Source: Candidatus Eutrophomonas brisbanensis (lineage in GTDB: Bacteria; Pseudomonadota; Gammaproteobacteria; Burkholderiales; Eutrophovitaceae). From it: DNA of 64,000 nucleotides. Of the stretch, positions 24,705-34,481 are shown piece after piece; position 1 is the stretch's first letter, and each line of letters opens with the position of its first letter. The translations under genes and the position numbers were made by a program. The DNA is taken from positions 519,135 through 583,134 of the forward strand of contig JAYQIQ010000004.1 in assembly GCA_038141705.1 (NCBI GenBank). Reading direction: 5' to 3'. The notes under the pieces were generated by a model. It had not been told where the DNA came from. It was given only the letters and a program-made list of their open reading frames with translations, and made no database searches.

Positions 24705-25280
24705 ATGATTAAGCTAAGACTATTGTTTCTCGCGGTATTGGCATTGCCATTTATGCTTCAAGGCTGCATGGCGCCTGCTATCGTTTCAGCTGGCGTTGGA
24801 GCGACGATGGTACATGAAGACCCCAGAACGGCGGGGACGATTTTTGATGATCGTGTAATCGTCAGCAAGCTGTCGACGCGCATAAAAGACAAGTATGCGA
24901 AACAGGTAAACATCACTGTCACCGCTTATAACAATGTCGTGCTGCTAACGGGTCAGGTACCAAACGAGACGATCAAGGAAGATCTCGCGTTAATGGTGCT
25001 TGAGACGCGTCCAGTTCGAGATTTTAGAGATGAGACGACCATCCGGGAAGTGGCAACTATCAAAGAAATTGGAAAAGACGTTGCGCTCAAAGGCAAGGTT
25101 GTTACCCAACTAGCGCGGAATAAGGATGTGAGGTCTATTCGCATCTCAACCTCGGTAGAGCTAGGCGTCGTGTATTTGATGGGGCTCGTCACGAGAGAGG
25201 AAGGTGAAACGGCGGGTCAAATTGTGGCTTCTGTTGGCGGCGTTGAGAAGGTCGTCAAGATATTTGAGTATGTAGACTAA
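24705..25280 (+). CDS. dolP: BON-domain outer-membrane lipoprotein DolP/YraP-like
   Basis: Signal peptide with lipobox LQGC; two BON-like repeats (VTAYNNVVLLTGQV and VELGVVYLMGLV); follows diaA as in E. coli. Confidence 0.8.
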   Translation: MIKLRLLFLAVLALPFMLQGCMAPAIVSAGVGATMVHEDPRTAGTIFDDRVIVSKLSTRIKDKYAKQVNITVTAYNNVVLLTGQVPNETIKEDLALMVLETRPVRDFRDETTIREVATIKEIGKDVALKGKVVTQLARNKDVRSIRISTSVELGVVYLMGLVTREEGETAGQIVASVGGVEKVVKIFEYVD

Positions 25281-25409
25281 TAAGAAAAGTTAGCCTTAAA
25301 ACCGAGGGTTTAATCGGTCGCATACGAGGGCTTTGCGAATGAACTTTACGTAGTCCGTTGGGGTCTACGAAATTCCTTTTAGAAAAGCCCTCGTGTATAT
25401 TCAAGAACA

Positions 25410-25895
25410 ATGTCACACCTTCAGGTAATAGAATCAAAAATAGCAAAGCCAGATGAGGTTGTCGATCGCGTTATCGAGTTCGGTAGGCCGCTTGTTTTCA
25501 CGAATGGTGTTTTTGACCTCCTCCATCGCGGTCACGTAACCTGTTTAGCCCGAGCGCGAGAACTTGGCGCTTCTCTAATCGTAGCTTTAAATTCAGACGA
25601 ATCGGTAAAAAGACTCGGGAAAGATATCGATCGCCCCATTAATCAACTTGCTGATCGATTGGCCGTGATCGCCGCACTACAATCAGTAGATCTTGTCACC
25701 TATTTTGAGGAAGATACGCCGCTAGAGCTGATACTTCAGCTAAAGCCTGATGTAATAGTCAAAGGAGGTGACTGGGAACCCAGTCAAATCGTTGGCAACA
25801 AAGAAGCTCCTGGTTGGGGCGGGAAGGTAGTCTCAATCCCCTTTGAGCATCAAATTTCAACGACCGAAACATTAAAAAAAATTAGAGCGCGTTAG
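25410..25895 (+). CDS. hldC: D-glycero-beta-D-manno-heptose 1-phosphate adenylyltransferase (RfaE domain II type)
   Basis: TNGVFDLLHRGHVTCLARARELG...LIVALNSDESV...RP...VKGGDW is the cytidylyltransferase motif set of HldC/RfaE-II; 161 aa. Confidence 0.85.
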   Translation: MSHLQVIESKIAKPDEVVDRVIEFGRPLVFTNGVFDLLHRGHVTCLARARELGASLIVALNSDESVKRLGKDIDRPINQLADRLAVIAALQSVDLVTYFEEDTPLELILQLKPDVIVKGGDWEPSQIVGNKEAPGWGGKVVSIPFEHQISTTETLKKIRAR

Positions 25896-25897
25896 AT

Positions 25898-27813
25898 TTG
25901 TTCACTGCACTGATCACCTTAGGTTTTTTATTCCTTCAGGCAGACATTGCTTGGTCACAGCCACAGCATGCGATCGCAATGCATGGATCTGCTAAGTACC
26001 CTTCCGATTTCACCCATTTCGAATATGTCAATCCGAATGCTCCCAAGGGTGGTGAAATTAAGCTCGCCTCACCCGGGACCTTTGATTCATTTAATCCATA
26101 CATCGCCAAAGGAAATAGTGGTGCAGGATCGAGTGCCGAGACCTTGCTAGTAACCAGTGCGGATGAGCCGTTTACGGCTTACGGACTCATTGCCGAGAGC
26201 CTAGAGACCCCGTTGGATAGGTCTTGGGTCATCTTCCATCTCAGGCCGGAAGCCAAGTGGCACGACGGAACACCTATCAGCGTGGATGACGTGATTTGGT
26301 CTTTTGAAACGTTAAAAACCAAAGGTCACCCCTTTTACCGGTTTTACTACAGCGGCGTCGAATCCGCAAAAAGAATAGGACCTCGCTCTGTAAAGTTTTC
26401 TTTTTCAGATAAAACAAACCGAGAACTACCGCTAACCATCGGCCAAATGCCGGTTCTACCAAAGCATTATTGGGAGTCCCGCGATTTTGAATCGACGACG
26501 CTTGAACCTCCACTTGGCAGCGGGCCCTACAAAATAGAAAAATTTGAACCAGGGCGCTACATTATTTTGGGTAGAGTCGATGATTACTGGGGAAAAAATC
26601 TAGCGGTCAACAGAGGACAAAATAATTTTGATAAAGTCCGCATCGACTACTACCGCGATGAAACCGTAATCAGGGAAGCACTGAAATCTGGCGATATAGA
26701 CTATCGCGAAGAAAACCAAGCGAAAGCCTGGTCGTTCGACTATGACACTCCAGCGGTGAGTAATGGTTGGCTCAAAAAAGAAAAAGTTCGACACTACAGT
26801 CCAACTGGTATGCAAGCTTTTGTGTACAACACCCGACGAGAAATTTTTTCATCGCCTCTCGTTCGTGAAGCCCTCATGTATGCCTTTGATTTTGACTGGA
26901 CGAATAAGAATCTATTCTTCAGCCAATATGCAAGAACACAAAGTTTTTTTTCAAACTCAGATTTGGCATCACAAGACTTACCAAGTGGCGCCGAACTGAA
27001 GGTTTTAGAAAAATTCAGAGGTGAAGTTCCCGACAGGATTTTCTCCGAACCATTTATAGCCCCATCTACTGATGGAAAAGGTTGGCCTCGGGAGAACCTG
27101 AAAAAAGCGCGATCACTTTTGGAAGAGGCCGGTTGGCGTGTCAAAAATATGGTCCTTACGAACGATAAAACGCAAGCGCCCTTTGAGTTTGAGATTCTCC
27201 TCTACAGCGAAGGGTTCGAGCGGATCGTACTTCCGTTTACCAGAAACCTAGAAAAACTTGGGATCAAAGTTCGAGTAAGACGGGTTGACCAATCTCAATA
27301 TATCAACCGCATTCGGAGTTTCGATTTTGACATGATTGTCTCGGGATGGGGATCATCCGAGTCGCCAGGCAACGAGCAGCGTGGGCAATGGTCCAGCGCC
27401 GCCGCTAATTCTCCAGCAGCGAGTAACTATGCGGGGTTAACGATCCAGTAGTGGACGAGCTCGTTGAAAAACTCATACAGGCTCGAACCCGAGAAGAACT
27501 GGTTACCTACACACGGGCACTTGACCGAGTACTTCTATTTGGTTTTTATGTGATCCCACAATGGCACCTTCAATCGCAAAGGATTCTCTATTGGGACAAA
27601 TTTGGTCGGCCAAGCGTGAATCCGAAAAGCGGCACGTCGACTTCTTTTTGGTGGTTCGATCCTGACAAGGATCAAAAACTTCGTGAAGCACTCAGTTCCA
27701 GCGAACCACCGTCAGATCAATCCTCGAACAATAGCAGGACGATCGTCTTTTTAGTTTTAGCGGTTCTGTTCATTGCAGCATTGGTCCTTTTTCGAAAGCG
27801 AAGACGTCGATGA
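25898..27813 (+). pseudogene. yejA: YejA-like family-5 ABC substrate-binding protein; one frameshift; unusual C-terminal hydrophobic + polybasic tail
   Basis: Fragments 25898-27451 and 27451-27813 join as ...NYAG(V/I)NDPVVDELVEKLIQARTREELV when one G is added to the G4 run at 27433-27436. WWFDPDK is a YejA-like end motif. The tail is [39 protein letters not shown]. The stop overlaps the yejB ATG (ATGA). Confidence 0.85.
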
Positions 27814-28934
27814 CCTCTTATATCCTTAGACGAATACTTCTTATGATCCCGACGCTGCTCGGGATCATGCTCGTAAATTTCTTGGTTATCCAAGCAGCTC
27901 CAGGCGGTCCGGTCGAGCAAGTCATTGCCCAGTTGTCTGGCCATGGAAACGCGATAACAGAGAGGATCACAAAAACAAATAGTAATGAGACCCTGAACGC
28001 ATCCTCTAACGCGACGACCGACAGTGGCAACGCTGGACGCTACCGAGGATCTCAAGGTCTGGATCCAGAGTTTGTTAAAGAATTAGAAGTTCGGTTCGGA
28101 TTTGACAAGCCGATGCACGAACGTTTTCTAAAGATGATTAAGGACTACTTGTCTTTCGACTTTGGTAAAAGCTTTTTTAGAGACGAAGATGTTGTGGACC
28201 TTGTGTTAGATAAACTTCCTGTCTCAATATCTCTGGGATTATGGACAACGCTAATTGTTTATCTCGTCTCTATTCCACTAGGTATTCGAAAAGCACTCCG
28301 CGACGGTAGCCAATTCGATATGGCGACTAGTTTTGCGCTCGTCATTGGAACTGCTATCCCAGGGTTTTTGTTCGCAGTCTTCTTGATGGTGATATTTGCC
28401 GGAGGAAGTTACCTGGATTGGTTTCCATTAAGAGGCCTTCAGTCGGATGAGTTCATCGAAATGGGTGTGGCTGATTGCGCAGCGAATTTTTCTTGTGTGC
28501 GAGATTACCTATGGCATATCACTCTGCCAGTGATTGCCATGGTCATTGGTGGTTTCGCTGGTCTTGCGATGCTCACAAAAAATTCATTTCTAGATCAAAT
28601 ACAGCAACAGTACGTATTAACGGCCAAAGCGAAAGGATTATCCGAGAAGCGCGTGCTCTACGGGCACGTATTTAGAAACGCCATGCTCATCGTGATCGCG
28701 GGATTCCCAAGTGCGTTAATTAGTATCTTGTTTACTGGATCGGTTCTAGTTGAAATTATTTTTTCACTTGATGGACTGGGCTTACTGGGATTTGAGGCTG
28801 CCTTTAGTCGCGACTATCCACTGATGTTTGGTTCGCTATTCTTTTTCTCAATCCTGGGACTTGTCATGAATCTGGTGGGGGACCTGATGTATATGATTAT
28901 CGATCCTCGAATTGATTTCGAGCGACAGGGTTAG
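27810..28934 (+). CDS. yejB: ABC permease YejB-like
   Basis: [33 protein letters not shown] matches the E. coli YejB N-terminus; polytopic; 374 aa. Confidence 0.9.
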   Translation: MTSYILRRILLMIPTLLGIMLVNFLVIQAAPGGPVEQVIAQLSGHGNAITERITKTNSNETLNASSNATTDSGNAGRYRGSQGLDPEFVKELEVRFGFDKPMHERFLKMIKDYLSFDFGKSFFRDEDVVDLVLDKLPVSISLGLWTTLIVYLVSIPLGIRKALRDGSQFDMATSFALVIGTAIPGFLFAVFLMVIFAGGSYLDWFPLRGLQSDEFIEMGVADCAANFSCVRDYLWHITLPVIAMVIGGFAGLAMLTKNSFLDQIQQQYVLTAKAKGLSEKRVLYGHVFRNAMLIVIAGFPSALISILFTGSVLVEIIFSLDGLGLLGFEAAFSRDYPLMFGSLFFFSILGLVMNLVGDLMYMIIDPRIDFERQG

Positions 28935-28941
28935 CGCAAAA

Positions 28942-29964
28942 ATGTTATCTCCGATTACAAAAAGACGGCTCGAAAACTTCAAACGAAATCGAAGAGGTTA
29001 CATTTCGTTTTGGTTGTTTTTGGCGCTTCTTGCGCTGACTCTTCCGGCTGAGTTTGTATCAAACGATAAGCCTGTACTAATTTTTTACGATGGAGAACTT
29101 TTCTCCCCGATCTTTAACGAATATCCGGAGACAGCCTTCGGTGGAGAGTTTGAAACCGAGGCGGACTACACGGACCCCACTGTCATCAACCAGATCGAGA
29201 AGAAGGGATGGATCTTGACGCCATTAGTGCCATACAACCACAGAACTGTGGCTTGGGACTTGCCGGTACCCGCTCCGTCTGCCCCCGACATGAATCACTG
29301 GCTCGGCACCGATGATCAAGCGAGGGATGTGTTGGCACGTGTCATTTATGGCTTCCGAATTTCTGTAATTTTTGGTTTCTCGCTTACCATCATCAGCGCA
29401 GTCATCGGTGTCTTCGCAGGTGCGATACAAGGATATTTTGGAGGTTGGATTGATCTCATTGGGCAACGATTCATTGAGATCTGGTCAGGTATGCCGACCC
29501 TTTACCTTTTGATTATTTTGGCAAGCGTTGTTGAACCAAACTTTTGGTGGCTACTCGGGTTATTACTGCTGTTTAGTTGGATGGGGTTTGTAGGAGTTGT
29601 ACGAGCAGAATTTTTAAGAGCGAGGAACTTCGACTATGTGCGTGCGGCGAAATCGCTCGGTTTAAGTAACCTGCAGATCATGGTTAAACACGTCTTACCC
29701 AATGCGTTAGTTGCAACGATGACCTTTATGCCTTTCACACTCGCGGGTTCAGTGACGGTTCTAACCTCTCTCGACTTCTTGGGGATTGGATTACCCCCGG
29801 GATCTGCATCCCTTGGAGAGCTACTTGCTCAAGGAAAAGCCAATTTACAGGCGCCGTGGTTAGCACTCACGGGATTTTTCATCATCGCGATCATGCTCAG
29901 TCTTCTGATTTTTATTGGCGAAGCGGTACGAGATGCATTCGACCCAAGAAAAATCTATAAATAA
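28942..29964 (+). CDS. yejE: ABC permease YejE-like
   Basis: HWLGTDDQARDVLARVIYGFRISV, QRFIEIWSGMPTLYLLIIL and VRAEFLRARNFDYVRAAKSLG are colinear with E. coli YejE. The start is trimmed to the ATG at 28942, after the yejB stop. Confidence 0.9.
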   Translation: MLSPITKRRLENFKRNRRGYISFWLFLALLALTLPAEFVSNDKPVLIFYDGELFSPIFNEYPETAFGGEFETEADYTDPTVINQIEKKGWILTPLVPYNHRTVAWDLPVPAPSAPDMNHWLGTDDQARDVLARVIYGFRISVIFGFSLTIISAVIGVFAGAIQGYFGGWIDLIGQRFIEIWSGMPTLYLLIILASVVEPNFWWLLGLLLLFSWMGFVGVVRAEFLRARNFDYVRAAKSLGLSNLQIMVKHVLPNALVATMTFMPFTLAGSVTVLTSLDFLGIGLPPGSASLGELLAQGKANLQAPWLALTGFFIIAIMLSLLIFIGEAVRDAFDPRKIYK

Positions 29965-29981
29965 GAAGCGTTGAATACCGC

Positions 29982-31616
29982 ATGGAAACACGACACCAAG
30001 ATCAGCCACCAGTGATAGAGATAAAAAATCTCGATGTATTTTTTGGGCATGGAGAATCGGCCAATCAGGTTGTCAAAAGTGTAAATCTCAACATTGATCT
30101 AGGCGAGACTGTTGCCTTAATTGGTGAGAGCGGCTCAGGCAAATCGGTCACGGCATTGTCGATTTTGCAGCTTCTTCCTTACCCACTTGCCGCACACTCA
30201 GATACAAGCTCAATCCGTTTTCAAGGTGCGGAGCTCGTGAACGAAAAAGAAAGTGTGCTCAGAAAAATTCGTGGCAACCAAATCTCCATGATTTTCCAAG
30301 AGCCGATGACCTCGCTGAATCCACTTCATACAGTGGGCAAACAGATCGTCGAAGTTCTCACCTTACACAAGGGCCTCAATAAAACCCTTGCGAAAAATCG
30401 GGCTATCGAGCTACTCGATTTGGTAAAGATCCCAGACCCACAAGGCCGATTTGATTCCTACCCCCATCAATTGTCTGGAGGCCAACGTCAACGCGTCATG
30501 ATTGCGATGGCACTCGCGAATGATCCAGAAGTGCTTATAGCGGACGAACCGACCACTGCTGTGGATGTTACGGTTCAAGCGCAGCTTCTCGAGCTATTGG
30601 CAGAGCTGCAACAAAGAATTGGTATGTCCATCCTGTTTATCACACATGATCTACGCGTCGTTAAAAAAATTGCGCAACGAGTCTATGTGATGAAGTCTGG
30701 AGAAATAGTGGAGTCTGGAACAACGGACTCGGTTTTTAGCACGCCTACACATGAGTACACAAAAAGATTGTTGTCGTCGCAACCATCGGGTACACCGGAT
30801 GCGATCGCTTCTGACGCCAAAACACTGGTTGCCATCAAAGATGTGAAAGTTTGGTTTCCAATCAAACGTGGAATTTTTCGAAAAACCATCGGACATATCA
30901 AGGCCGTTGACGAAGTGAGTTTCGATATAAAAGAAGGTGAAACAGTTGGCCTCGTGGGTGAGAGTGGATCTGGGAAGAGCTCGCTTGGACAAGCGATTCT
31001 AAGGCTCATTTCATGTGAGGGGTCTATTCACTTTCAAGACCAAGAGCTCAATTCGTTGTCACTAAAAGAGCTTCGTCCGTTTCGCCGTCTTATTCAGGTC
31101 GTGTTCCAAGATCCGTTTGGAAGCCTAAGTCCACGAATGACCATTGGTCAGATTGTCGGAGAAGGATTAAACCTATTAGAAAACATTCAAGACGCGGAGA
31201 ATGCCGTTGATCAAGCGCTCACCGAAGTGGGTTTAGATGTATCTATGAAAAATCGCTATCCTCATGAGTTTTCTGGAGGGCAGCGACAGAGGATTGCGAT
31301 CGCTCGTGCGCTCATCCTCAAACCAAAACTCATCATCTTAGATGAACCCACTTCTGCTCTTGATCTCTCGATTCAATCTCAAATTATTGAGTTACTGCGT
31401 AGCTTGCAAAGAAAATACTCGATGTCGTACTTATTTGTTAGCCACGACCTTAACGTGATACGAGCGCTTTGTCATAAAATCATCGTGATGAAAGACGGAA
31501 AGTTTGTTGAAACGGGAAGTTCACAGGAAATTTTTGAGCAATCTAAAAACGCTTACACCAGAGCATTAATCGATGCGTCGATTGATATCGTAAGTTCAAC
31601 TGCAGATCAAACTTAG
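29982..31616 (+). CDS. yejF: Duplicated ABC ATPase YejF-like
   Basis: Two Walker A motifs (GESGSGKS twice), two ABC signatures (LSGGQRQR and FSGGQRQR) and two Walker B motifs; 544 aa. Confidence 0.93.
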   Translation: METRHQDQPPVIEIKNLDVFFGHGESANQVVKSVNLNIDLGETVALIGESGSGKSVTALSILQLLPYPLAAHSDTSSIRFQGAELVNEKESVLRKIRGNQISMIFQEPMTSLNPLHTVGKQIVEVLTLHKGLNKTLAKNRAIELLDLVKIPDPQGRFDSYPHQLSGGQRQRVMIAMALANDPEVLIADEPTTAVDVTVQAQLLELLAELQQRIGMSILFITHDLRVVKKIAQRVYVMKSGEIVESGTTDSVFSTPTHEYTKRLLSSQPSGTPDAIASDAKTLVAIKDVKVWFPIKRGIFRKTIGHIKAVDEVSFDIKEGETVGLVGESGSGKSSLGQAILRLISCEGSIHFQDQELNSLSLKELRPFRRLIQVVFQDPFGSLSPRMTIGQIVGEGLNLLENIQDAENAVDQALTEVGLDVSMKNRYPHEFSGGQRQRIAIARALILKPKLIILDEPTSALDLSIQSQIIELLRSLQRKYSMSYLFVSHDLNVIRALCHKIIVMKDGKFVETGSSQEIFEQSKNAYTRALIDASIDIVSSTADQT

Positions 31617-32025
31617 TCAGCAGTTTCTGGGGAACACTCCACTGCCGAAAAATTTGTTTCCGAAAGATTTTGATCGAGCATCCCAAGAATTTGCTCCTGC
31701 GAATAATCGGGATTAGGGGAAATTTTGAATACCGAACTTTTTCCACCTCACCTGAAATCGTAACCACCTCAATGTCAATATTCATCTCGTAAAACATTTT
31801 ATTGAGCTCTTTACGAGTTTCTTCATTCGTCTCCAGAAGCTCAACACAGAAGGGATCTGCACTCACGATCTCTGAGTCATCGACTTGAGGGAGTAACCGT
31901 ATCCTTTCTGGATTCACCTCCGCAATCTGACTGGGATCTTCCGCTTCGCTCATCGGTCGAAGCCATAATCCATAAGCCGCAATTCCCACATTGAGTATGA
32001 TCAAGAATGCAATGAATGGTCGCAT
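31613..32025 (-). pseudogene. Hypothetical N-terminally anchored membrane protein downstream of coaX; probable frameshift
   Basis: ORF 31543-32025 starts with the TM MRPFIAFLIILNVGIAAYGLWL. After about 31730-31742 (T5 run) a second frame reads VFKISPNPDYSQEQILGMLDQNLSETNFSAVECSPETAD* and ends at 31613. That avoids a 74-nt overlap with yejF. Confidence 0.45.
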
Positions 32026-32041
32026 TACAAATTTAACTAAA

Positions 32042-32776
32042 TTAGTCCGATAAATCGGATTTCGCTATTGCAACGAGACCCGAAAAAATCAAATCCTCGG
32101 CTTGGACTGTTGGGTTTCGAAAGTAAGGTTTTAGTTTCGAAGCTGCACCACCCGACACAATAATCTTGGGGTTTTTATTCCCCTCCTCATCAAAATCCCA
32201 GCAAAACTGATCGACAGCAGCACACGTCGCTCTTATTGCTCCAGAGGTAATTGCGTCTGGCGTAGAAGTCGGATACTTTGCGAAGACTCCCTCTGTTGCA
32301 GATAATTTTGAGGCACCATCGCCTAGCGACCGATGCATTAATTCATATCCCGGAAGGATGAGCCCGCCCAGAAATTTTCCATCGTGAGTCACCGCATGCA
32401 CTGTAGTCGCCGTTCCAGCAACAACGACCACCAAATTCCCATCGAATAACGCCCTCGCGCCAATCATAGCCACCCATCGATCCGAACCAAGCTGGTCTGG
32501 CTTTTGATAAAGACTTTGTATCCCACATTGGTTTGCTCGGGCCTCGACTAAATACGGCCTAACTCCCCAGCGCTCTGACGCTCGGGAAATCGCGTCCCCG
32601 ACTCCAGCCCCCGCGACATTGGAAATGATAATCTGAGATGGTCTTTCGATATCTAACCAATAGTTCGGTAAGTCTTCCAAAGAACTTAGGTGACAATGCG
32701 CTCGTAGGGTAAACGCTTTCCCGTCAAATAATCCCCATTTGATTTGCGTATTACCCGCGTCGACCACTAGTATCAT
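32042..32776 (-). CDS. coaX: Type III pantothenate kinase
   Basis: MILVVDAGNTQIKWGLF N-terminus and GTATTV motif; follows birA as in many proteobacteria. Confidence 0.9.
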   Translation of the reverse strand: MILVVDAGNTQIKWGLFDGKAFTLRAHCHLSSLEDLPNYWLDIERPSQIIISNVAGAGVGDAISRASERWGVRPYLVEARANQCGIQSLYQKPDQLGSDRWVAMIGARALFDGNLVVVVAGTATTVHAVTHDGKFLGGLILPGYELMHRSLGDGASKLSATEGVFAKYPTSTPDAITSGAIRATCAAVDQFCWDFDEEGNKNPKIIVSGGAASKLKPYFRNPTVQAEDLIFSGLVAIAKSDLSD

Positions 32777-32817
32777 TTTTGAATTAAATCGTTATTTAAA
32801 GAAGTTAGTCTACTACT

Positions 32818-33795
32818 CTAGACTTTTAAGAACGAAATTTCTCCTGAATGGAAACTTAAAATCCCCGCCTTTGTTTCCAACAATATGGCGCCCGAGTTAT
32901 CCACCTCAAGTACGCGACCGACCGTCACCGACTCATCCGGTAGACGAAACTGAACCTCGCGCCCTCGATAATAATGGTACGTATTCCACTCTTTGATAAG
33001 CCCCTTTGCGTCGCCATTCTCTAAGCGAGTAAGATCCTCATCAATTGCCAGTAGCAATTGCGATATCAACTCATTGCGATCGACGTCAACTCCACTGGCC
33101 AAAAGATGCGTAACGGGTTGATCGATCTCCTCCATCACTGCTCTCGGAAAATTCAAATTCAATCCTAATCCAATCACAAACTGCGAATTTTGAGATCCAG
33201 ATGAAACAGCTTCAACGAGAATTCCACCCAACTTTTTTCCATCGCCAAGAACATCATTCGGCCATTTGAGCTCAATATCGGTTGCATGTAACCCCCGTAA
33301 CGTCTTGGCTACCGCCAGACCCACGATAAGAGGCATAATCGAAAGATCGATTCCAACGGCCTGCTTTTGGGGAATCCGTGCGACCGAGAGCGCAATCGAG
33401 CCTCCTGGTATGGCAACCCATGACCGACTCTTACTTCCACGTCCACCTTCTTGGATCTCCGCTAACCGCACCTGTAGATCTTTTAACAATCCCTCTCGGG
33501 CAAGGGTGAGCAAATCCGTATTGGTCGAACCAGTTCGGTTGACAACGTCAATGAAGAACTTCTCGTGGCTCGCTCCGAGAAAAAACTTGATACGACTGGC
33601 ATCAAGCGGGGCTGCAAAATCAGCCCACTGCAAATATCCTCGATCATCAGTCGTAACGAACTCGGTATCTTCATTAACCCTATGAAGCGAGAGCCGTATA
33701 TCTTCAACTGAACACGCGAAATGTATTGCTAGATCTTCCACCGAGAGGAGTTTCTCGGAGGAAATTAATTTAAGGAGTTCTATCAAAGAGGGCAT
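32818..33795 (-). CDS. birA: Bifunctional biotin--[acetyl-CoA-carboxylase] ligase / repressor BirA
   Basis: N-terminal wHTH-like region, GRGSKSRSW (a variant of GRGRRGRxW) and KWPNDV; 325 aa. Confidence 0.88.
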   Translation of the reverse strand: MPSLIELLKLISSEKLLSVEDLAIHFACSVEDIRLSLHRVNEDTEFVTTDDRGYLQWADFAAPLDASRIKFFLGASHEKFFIDVVNRTGSTNTDLLTLAREGLLKDLQVRLAEIQEGGRGSKSRSWVAIPGGSIALSVARIPQKQAVGIDLSIMPLIVGLAVAKTLRGLHATDIELKWPNDVLGDGKKLGGILVEAVSSGSQNSQFVIGLGLNLNFPRAVMEEIDQPVTHLLASGVDVDRNELISQLLLAIDEDLTRLENGDAKGLIKEWNTYHYYRGREVQFRLPDESVTVGRVLEVDNSGAILLETKAGILSFHSGEISFLKV

Positions 33796-33952
33796 GCAGT
33801 AAACGCGTATCCGAGACGTGACGATTAAAAAGAGTATCTGAAAATTTCGCCTACATTATCTCTGATTTAGTGTATTTTGAGCTATTCTCGAGGTTTATTT
33901 GTAATAAAGACCGTTTTGTATTTGAAACAAAACGCCAAGATGAGAGGGATCA

Positions 33953-34468
33953 ATGAAGTTTATTAAAAACTTGCTCACGGATCACGTACAGCGGTACCCA
34001 AACATGCAACTCGAAGACGTGTACAAACTCTTACAGCAGGCAGCTTTAGGGGCGGGTCATGCAGCAGACAGCGTCGAATCCCTTGAGTCAGCGTTCGAGC
34101 AAGAACTAAGCACCCTCGGCGATGGCCCACAGGAGCCATTAATTGATCCTATTTCTCCTGATGGAAAAATTGCGCGCGCCCATATCCGCGCATTAGCTGC
34201 CTCACAAATAAATCCAAAAGTTTTATTTGAAGCTTTTGTAAAAACGACTCGTGATGAAATCGAGTCAAAAGACAAACTACGAAAGTTTTGTAACTGTGTC
34301 ATCGATATATCGGAAGAGGATATCCTGCCTTTTTCATCGACCGACATTAAAAACTTGTTTTCAGAGTTATTGGAAAGAGATCTTCCCATTTTGCGGCACT
34401 CTGATATTTTCCGGGAAGCCTACAAGCCAGCGTACAGAATCATCAACCTAGATTATTTTCCATCTTAA
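33953..34468 (+). CDS. Hypothetical protein, family not recognised
   Basis: 171 aa ORF with GAGAGGGA 4-11 nt upstream of the ATG. The composition looks coding, but I cannot assign a family. Confidence 0.55.
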   Translation: MKFIKNLLTDHVQRYPNMQLEDVYKLLQQAALGAGHAADSVESLESAFEQELSTLGDGPQEPLIDPISPDGKIARAHIRALAASQINPKVLFEAFVKTTRDEIESKDKLRKFCNCVIDISEEDILPFSSTDIKNLFSELLERDLPILRHSDIFREAYKPAYRIINLDYFPS

Positions 34469-34481
34469 ATAATTCCCAACA

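Noticed and set aside
27691-27813. The YejA tail as a substrate signal for the sortase at 42147-42747, or as a PEP-CTERM/GlyGly-CTERM signal
   Set aside because: There is no LPxT(A/G) motif, no PEP tripeptide directly abutting the helix (only SEPPS, 10 residues away) and no Gly-Gly. Only the generic hydrophobic + basic layout is shared.
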